DNA of 64,000 nt from Octopus sinensis (Eukaryota): the NCBI RefSeq assembly GCF_006345805.1, contig NC_042999.1, positions 79,360,001 through 79,424,000 of the forward strand, in the 5' to 3' direction. Made by a program: the position numbers and the translations under genes. The notes beneath the pieces were generated by a model. That model saw only the letters and a list, made by a program, of their open reading frames with translations, made no database searches and had not been told where the DNA came from. Positions 56,397 through 64,000 of the stretch are shown here, one piece after another (within the stretch, counting starts at the first letter, position 1; every line of letters starts with the position of its first letter).

Positions 56397-57184
56397 TAGA
56401 TATTGGGGAGCGAGGAGAATAGGAATGAAAAGGAGGAGGGGAGAAAACTGAAGAAAGAAAAGTGGGTGACAGAAAGACGATAGAAATAATATGATCGTTG
56501 GATATATGGGTGGACGTGTGACTGTGTAAGTGTTATTGCGTTAGTGTATGTATTTGCATAACTGTGATAGGTACAAGATTGTTAAGAAATGTACATAGAA
56601 CCTTGTATGTGAGTTGTGTGCGTGTATGTACGCGTTTCTATATGTATGTATGTATGTATGTATGTATGCATGTATGTATGTATGTATATATGCATGTATG
56701 CCTTTATTCAGTTTTATCTCAAGATTTCTTGCCAATAAAGAGCCGGTTTCTCACCTAGATCCAAAGATCCTTCATTGGAATTTCAACATCAACAACAGGG
56801 TATTTTTGTATGTATGTATGTATGTATGTATGTATGTATGTATGTATGTATGTATGTATGTATGTATGTATGTGTGCAGATTTGTATGTTTTACTTTATG
56901 TATGTACTCTCATGCATATAGTTACATACCTAGACATGTTCATATATATCTAAATGATAAACTTGTGGAAAGTTTTACAGATTTTTACTGTTCCAATGAA
57001 GAATTGGATCTGTAGTCTTCGAATTAGCTTTTCCTTTTCTGGTTTTGAAAAGCATAATTTCCCAAGATTGGTATTTTGGCAGTGTATTATATACCCAGTG
57101 CTCCAATAATTACAGGTATAAACCTGAACTTGTTATCTGGGTTGAGTAGCTGTATGTATGCATATATGTATTCTTTTGCACTTT

Positions 57185-57531
57185 TGCTTGTTTCAGTCAT
57201 TTGACTGCGGCCATGCTGGAGCACGACTTTAGTCGAACAAATCGATCCAAGGGCTTATTCTTCGTAAACACACGAACATTAGTTGTCAAACAATAGTGGG
57301 ATGATAAAAACAGACACACAAATGCACATACACACACACAAATACACAGATACACACATATCTATATACATATATATAATGGTCTTTCAGATTCTGTCCA
57401 TCAAATTCACTCACAAGGCTTTGGTCGTCCGGAGGCTATAGTAGAAGACACTTGCTCAAGGTACCACGCAGTAAGACTGAACCCGGAGCCATGTGGTTGG
57501 GAAGCAATCTTCTAATAACACAGCCACTCCT
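57185..57531 (-). mobile_element. SINE family B with partial deletion
   Basis: Matches the reverse complement of 59417-59830. Confidence 0.82.
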
Positions 57532-58049
57532 GAGGAATGAGAAGCAGCGCGAGTGTAGTAAACGTTATCGAACACACATACACTATATATTTGCTTCACT
57601 AGTTCGCCGGTCGGTTGCATGTCCACGCGGTGTAGGTTGAGCCTTTTAAAGCACTGGGCGTTAAAACGCTTGAAAGTCATAGTAATAGACAGGCGAAAGA
57701 ACTCTCATTCAGGGGCAGTGAACATCGAAGTTTCACCGTTTTTGTGGCCTATCAATATCACGTACCTGCACCGAACCGGAGGCAAATTGAATAGCTTGCC
57801 CATGACTATATGTAACCTCCATATATATATATGAACCAGAATAGATGGAAACTGTACAAAAAGGGCATCGGTATCACGTTGATTCTTCCTAAGAATAACG
57901 TTACGAGTATATGTATCTGTGAAATGCTGAGGTACATTAAAATAGAGAGCAGATAACTGTGATCGAACAACCGAATCCCCATCGTCAAACGATGCATATC
58001 TATCTCCCCAACACACGTAAGAATACATATGTGAAAAAATGATTAATAT

Positions 58050-58205
58050 AGGCACAAGAATGGGTGTGTGATTAAGCCACATGGCTTCAGATTTCAATTC
58101 CACTGAGTGGCACCTTGAACTAGTGACTTCTACTATAGCTCCGAGCCAAACCAATGTTTAAGTGAGTGGATGTGATAGAAAGAAACCGTATTGAAGCTCA
58201 TCGTG
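58050..58205 (+). mobile_element. SINE family B, degenerate 5' half
   Basis: ccacatggcttcag...gtggcaccttg...cttctactatagc...gtgagtggat matches the family B head. Confidence 0.65.
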
Positions 58206-58664
58206 TGTGTGTGTGTGTGTGTGTGTGGTGGAACACGGTAGAAAAACGATGGAACACTGGTAGATTAGAATAACTCTAGGATTGGCTGCAAGTTAAAAAT
58301 ATGAAGATTGTATTTAAAGAAAAGTGAGGAAGAAAAAGAAACGTATTAAATAAAAAAAAAAAAAGAAACCGAGGTAGCGCAAGTACACATTTAGAAATTG
58401 TACATCATAATAAAATACATATTGCACTACACCGACGAAACGACATTCAGAGAAGGCACACATACATATAGGCACATACAGTTACACATACAGTTACATA
58501 CAAACACGTCTGTGCATTATATACATATAGACGCTCTCAGTCATCTATAATCATGTTTTGTACGTCTGTAATAAAATATAATAGTGAGGAATTTAGAATT
58601 GTTAAGATTTGTGTCGCCAGTCGGATTTTTTAGTCAGATATTTCAAGGTAAATTATGAACAGTC

Positions 58665-58805
<141 letters not shown>

Positions 58806-59354
58806 CATGTGTGTGTGTGTGTAAGTATAACGTTATGATAAAATACATTGGCTATTGAAACTAATTCCTTTCATTCTGAAAGAGATTAATCTGCAAATCT
58901 TGTTAACTGAATAGAATACAATATAGACGACTATGGCTAAATGCCGTCTTGATAAGCTTTTGTGGTTCTATCAGTATATAAACCTATGCACACACCTACA
59001 AAACATTATACAATTACGTCTATCTATCAATACACCCTCCTCCACACACACACATACGAACATTTACATACACATACGCACGCACACACATATGATTTTG
59101 ATATTTTACTGGTTTCAGTCAATGGAGTGGGACTACGCTGGAGTTGCTTTTTATAGGTGTTTTGTCAGTTCAGATAAGCCCAGTGCGTTTCATATTTTAT
59201 AGACCTCAAAAGATGACAAGGAAGGTAGTTGAATCGGATCAAGTACAGCATTCTCGTTGATCCAGTCATTTTATTATTGCTTGCGCGCGTGTATGCGTGT
59301 ATATATATATATATATTATATATATTATATATATATATATATAATATATATATA

Positions 59355-59416
<62 letters not shown>

Positions 59417-59830
59417 GGCGCAGGTGTGGCTTTGTGGTAAGTAGCTTGCTAACCAACCACAACAGTTCCGGGTTCAGTCCCACTGCGTGGCATCTTGGGC
59501 GAGTGTCTTCTGCTATAGCCCCGGCCCGACCAATGCCTTGTGAGTGGATTTGGTAGACGGAAACTGAAAGAAGCCTGTCGTATATATGTATATATATATG
59601 TGTGTGTGTGTTTGTGTGTCTGTGTTTGTCCCCCTAGCATTGCTTGACAACCGATGCTGGTGTGTTTACGTCCCCGTTACTTAGCGGTTCCGCAAAAGAG
59701 TAACTGATAGAATAAGTACTGGGCTTACAAAAGAATAAGTCCCGGGGTCGATTTGCTCGACTAAAGGCGGTGCTCCCGCATGGCCGCAGTCAAATGACTG
59801 AAACAAGTAAAAGAGTAAAAGAGTAAAAAA
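59417..59830 (+). mobile_element. tRNA-headed SINE family B, full length
   Basis: ggcgcaggtgtggctttgtggtaagtagcttgct...ccgggttcagtcccactgcgtggcatcttgggcgagtgtctt...gactgaaacaagtaaaagagtaaaagag. Confidence 0.9.
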
Positions 59831-59831
59831 A

Positions 59832-59876
<45 letters not shown>

Positions 59877-59939
59877 CACACACGCATACACGCGCGCAAG
59901 TAATAATAAAATTGGTGGATCAACGAAACCAGCCGAAAT

Positions 59940-60730
59940 TGTAAAGATAATCTAGAACTCGACTGAGGAAAGAAAACTCCGAATGACCCGTCCTTGTTTA
60001 TTTCGTATCGTCTGTCTGGATGTTTTGTTGTCCTTTTTTGTATCACCTAACTGTCTGGATGTTTTGCGTTCTTGTCTCAGTTTTGTATTTCTATATATAA
60101 CAAAATATAGCGGCATACGTATACTTTGGTCTCTTATATGTAAGTATATATATATCGAAATTTTGTACTACTCTATTATTATTTCTATTCTTTCATTCTG
60201 TTATCATCCTTTTCACACTTCATTCCCCCTCTCTCACATTTCCTGGCCTTCTCTTCATGCACATTTCCCCTCCCCTTTCACATCCCTCTGTCCCTTTCAT
60301 TTTTCCTCGCCCCTCCTTAATTCTTCTATCTCTCTGTCTTTACCACTCTCTCTTCTCTCCCCATGTGACAGACGTTCGGCCAGGCCTGACCTCACTTTCT
60401 TGGTTCGACTACCATCTGTGCAACATCTATATTCCACCCTGTGCCTGTCAAACCCTATGTCCCTGCCGTAAGGCTTTACTTCCACACACGCCAGCTTAAT
60501 TTAATTCGTCCTTAATCGAAGGACACCTGTCGTTATGTCTTGTTATTGACATTTGTATTCGTGTAACATTTCTCCGTTTTTTCCGTCCTTGATTTTTTTT
60601 TGTATCGTCTGTCTGGATGTTTTGTTGTCCCTTTTTGTATCACCTAACTGTCTGGATGTTTGCGTTCTTGTCCCATTTTTCTATTTTATATATATAAAAA
60701 ATATAGCAGCGTACGTATACTTTGGTCTCT
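59940..60730 (+). mobile_element. Probable Penelope-like relic with pseudo-LTR direct repeats
   Basis: A ~147-bp direct repeat (59988-60134 vs 60583-60730) around a pyrimidine-rich spacer, with a decayed CTGAGGA...CGAA core at 59963-59983. The repeat is seen directly; the PLE call is inference. Confidence 0.5.
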
Positions 60731-60769
60731 CTCTCCCTCTCTCTCTCTCCACACACACACATATACATA

Positions 60770-60939
60770 TTTAGTTGAAATTTACAGAAAAACAAGAGAC
60801 GAAGACAGGTGTATAAACAACAAACAGGTGTATTAATTTGACGCTCGGGAAGGTGAGAAAGTCTTTTACGTTTCGAGCCTACGCTCTTCAACAGAAAAGA
60901 ACACGAGGAAATAAACAGAGAGAGAATAAAAAAAGAGAA

Positions 60940-60945
<6 letters not shown>
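60770..60945 (-). mobile_element. Penelope-like pLTR fragment with minimal hammerhead-like motif
   Basis: Minus strand reads tctttt-CTGTTGA-a-gagc-gtag-gctc-GAAA-cgTA-aaag; flanked by (TA)n and (CA)n. Confidence 0.55.
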
Positions 60946-61002
<57 letters not shown>

Positions 61003-61259
61003 CGTGCGTGTGTGTACACACACACATACTCACACTCATGTATATATGATTATATACAAATTAACGATGGCAGCTATAAGTGATATAAAGCCAAAAAGGA
61101 AGAATTCACCTCTCACTAATTGTGACCGACGGTGCAGGGTAGCACCTACACTGCTAGAAATAAGAGGTAGAAACCCAGTTAGTCGCAAAGAAGCACAAGT
61201 CTATGTACTGACGGGGGAGCTAACCTCCCCACAGCGAAATCATCATACTAGAATCTTTT

Positions 61260-61465
61260 CTATATATATGTGTGTGTGTTTGCGCGTGTGTGAATGTGTG
61301 TGTATACTTATGTTTGTCTCTCACCACCGGTCGTCAACCGATGCTGGTGGAGCAAGGACATGCTTAAGAAAACATAACTACTGTGATTAATTCTTTTGAC
61401 TGAAATTCTTTAAGGCAGTACTACTGCATGGCCGCTATCTGATGACTGAAACAAGTAAAGGATAA
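61260..61465 (+). mobile_element. SINE family B, 3' fragment
   Basis: caaccgatgctggtg ... gcatggccgc...tgactgaaacaagtaaag. Confidence 0.65.
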
Positions 61466-61484
61466 AACACACACACACATACAT

Positions 61485-61533
<49 letters not shown>

Positions 61534-62328
61534 GAAATGTATGTGCATATATAATTTAAGCCGAATGTATATATGTGTGTGCGTGCGTATGTGTATGTGT
61601 AATCTACGTCATGTGTATATGTTATCCGCTTTACAAACTTCCCCCAAAAAACGGAAATATTTTTTGAGAAGTTTAATTTGCAATGTTGATATTGTGAATT
61701 TTCTGTTCAATAGGAAATGTTTTTAAATGTATTTAGTACATAAATAAATGGTTTATAGTAAATAAAACATAGAGATACATTATAATACAGACCATTCTTA
61801 GCTGATAAATACACCACAAACTTTTTGGGCAAAAAAAAAAAAAAAATTCAACAAAATAACACTCAATCAAAAAAAAAAAGCGAAAGAAACAAAACGAAAC
61901 TGTATATAAAAACTTGGAAGGAGACGTATACAAACTAACTTTTTGTCAAGAGTTTTATTTATTGTATAATGACTTAGAAATTTTGTTTGGCGTTAATCTG
62001 AATAAAACTTGTTTTTCTTATTGAAGTTTACTGTAGAATTATTGGCCTATAATATCGCTGATTTCTGCAGAGTTTAAGATACTACGCCGATGCCAGACAA
62101 CATGTCGTCTAGTGATTTATTTCTTTTAATCGAGGGTTTTTTGTTCTAGTACAGTATGGGTTTATGTGTATCGAGAATGATGTTTTCTGAGTTTCAAATA
62201 ATAGTGAATTTGAAATTAGTTTTGAGATAAACACGAATCGTTATACATTACAGTTAAGATGCTAAAGCAGCAGTGACAAACTCGAATGCGTATTTGATGC
62301 GGGTATAATCTTACCCAGAATATACTTC

Positions 62329-62555
62329 CAGTAATCCCTCACTAAATCGCGGTTCACCTATCGCGGTTTATTATTTGAGCTTACGTCGATCCCTCTGTGG
62401 TGTTGTTTTGCATTTACAATAAAATAAATATATACAATTTATAAAAATAAAAAAAAAAACACTACATTACTATTTCTACTTCGCGGATATTGACCTATTG
62501 CTGGGAGTGGGGTGGGGTTTGGAATGTAACAGACAGGATAGCCGAGGGATTATTG
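62329..62555. mobile_element. pogo/Tigger-like MITE
   Basis: TIRs CAGTAATCCCTC...GAGGGATTATTG, with TA on the right, and internal tcgcgg sub-repeats. Confidence 0.6.
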
Positions 62556-62734
62556 TACTTATATATAAATATATGTGTGTGTGTGTACGTATATTGCTGC
62601 ATCTTGGCAAAGCCATTACGCCAATAATAACATAGGCACAGGTTCAATTCCACTACTTTATTATTAATCAGTTGATTAGATATCTCATCAACTAGCTTGA
62701 CAGAACGTTTGTTTAACGTGCTAGTTAAACAATA

Positions 62735-63130
62735 GGCGCAGCAGTGGCTGTGTGGTAAGTAGCTTGCTTACCAGCCACATGGTTCCGGGTTCAGTTCCAA
62801 TGCGTGGCACCTTGAGCAAGTGTCTTCTACTATAGCCTCGGGCCGAACAAAGCCTTGTGAGTGGATTTGGTAGACGGAAACTGAAAGAAGACCATCGTGT
62901 ATATGTATATTTATATATATGTGCGTGTGCGCGTTTGTCATCCCCCTCCCCCCAACATCGCTTGACAACCGATGCTGGTGTGTTTACGTCCCCGTAACTT
63001 AGCAGTTCGGCGAAAGAGACCGATAGAATAAGTACTAGGCTTACAAAGAATAAGTCTAGGGTTCGATTTGCTCGACTAAAGGCGGTGCTCCAGCATGGCC
63101 GCAGTCAAATGACTGAAACAAGTAAAGAAT
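62735..63130 (+). mobile_element. SINE family B, full length
   Basis: Near-identical to 59417-59830. Confidence 0.9.
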
Positions 63131-63172
63131 ATTTGTCCGTCTTTCGTTGCTGATCGCAGCAATATATATCTA

Positions 63173-63228
<56 letters not shown>

Positions 63229-63404
63229 AATCTATCTATCTATCAATCTATCTATCTACACATGCATTTATATATAATGATGCATTAATATATAGATGAC
63301 TAAGCATACTCACGTGTGTGCAGTGTGCTTATACGCGCGCGCGCGCACACACACACACGCACACAGTTGCTTTTATGCTAGTATATAGCTTTTAAGCAAC
63401 TAAC

Positions 63405-63504
63405 CCCGAATGGGAGATCTGTAAGCAGATCTCTGACTTCTTTTGGAAAATTTGTTGCAATTGCTTCCTCCAGAGTCATATCCCTTTGATGATCATATTC
63501 GTCG
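63405..63504 (-). CDS. Internal coding exon (100 nt, phase 2 to 0) of an unidentified gene: DEYDHQRDMTLEEAIATNFPKEVRDLLTDLPFG
   Basis: tttttttttacatgatttttAG|cgac...ttcggg|GTtagt; only one frame is open; the sequence is high-complexity and protein-like. Confidence 0.7.
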
Positions 63505-63619
63505 CTAAAAATCATGTAAAAAAAAAATCGCCGTAAACAATCGCAGTAATGAAAACAGGAATCCAAAATATCAGAATTGCAGGTTCGGATTCGGCCCGGA
63601 ATGTTTTTAATTTACTCAC

Positions 63620-63657
63620 GGAGTCAGCCTGATTCCAGAATGGTATGATATGTTGGG
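63620..63657 (-). CDS. Small coding exon (38 nt, phase 0 to 2) upstream of 63405-63504: PNISYHSGIRLT(P)
   Basis: ttttcacctttgttcctagaggccatAG|ccc...actcc|GTGAGT; splices in frame to the next exon across a 115-nt intron. The exact acceptor is inferred from frame compatibility. Confidence 0.6.
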
Positions 63658-64000
63658 CTATGGCCTCTAGGAACAAAGGTGAAAAAGTGTGATACACTGA
63701 CACACTGATATTCACATTTATTATATTAGATATGTTTTGGAGAAATTGTATTTCAATTAAAGTGTATTTTATATATGTATATATATATGTGTGTGGATGT
63801 ATATATGTATATATGTACGCACACACACGCACAAACACACACACATATGTATTGAAGAAAGCAAAAATAAAACAAAAAGGATAGTATTCAGTAGTTGATT
63901 CAGTATGATGGCTACAGGAATTTCTGTCCAGGAAAGTTGTACATCTCCCCTTTTCTCTCACATACCCTCTCTCCCCATCTCTCTCTCTTTCTCTCTCTCT

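Overview
AT-rich, microsatellite-saturated eukaryotic DNA. The tRNA-headed SINE families and the R4/Dong, Tx1, CR1-like and Penelope-like relics point to a coleoid cephalopod, probably Octopus (inference from repeat content; no database check was possible). Almost all ORFs in the supplied track are translations of simple repeats and are not genes. The best-supported host coding signal is two small minus-strand exons at about 63.4-63.7 kb (PNISYHSGIRLTP|DEYDHQRDMTLEEAIATNFPKEVRDLLTDLPFG), from a gene I cannot name. Most of the window is therefore plausibly intronic or downstream sequence, with a few candidate micro-exons. Mobile DNA includes a 5'-truncated R4/Dong LINE, an RT-less Tx1 LINE, three CR1-like 3' fragments, about 18 SINE copies in three families, a canonical non-autonomous Helitron, a pogo/Tigger-like MITE and several Penelope-like pLTR fragments with minimal hammerhead-like cores. 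The most unusual direct observations are a 166-bp two-part templated insertion in the Dong RT that matches two nearby downstream loci, a 258-bp-arm fold-back, and a head-to-head SINE hairpin. I found no CRISPR array, operon or convincing new multi-gene system.
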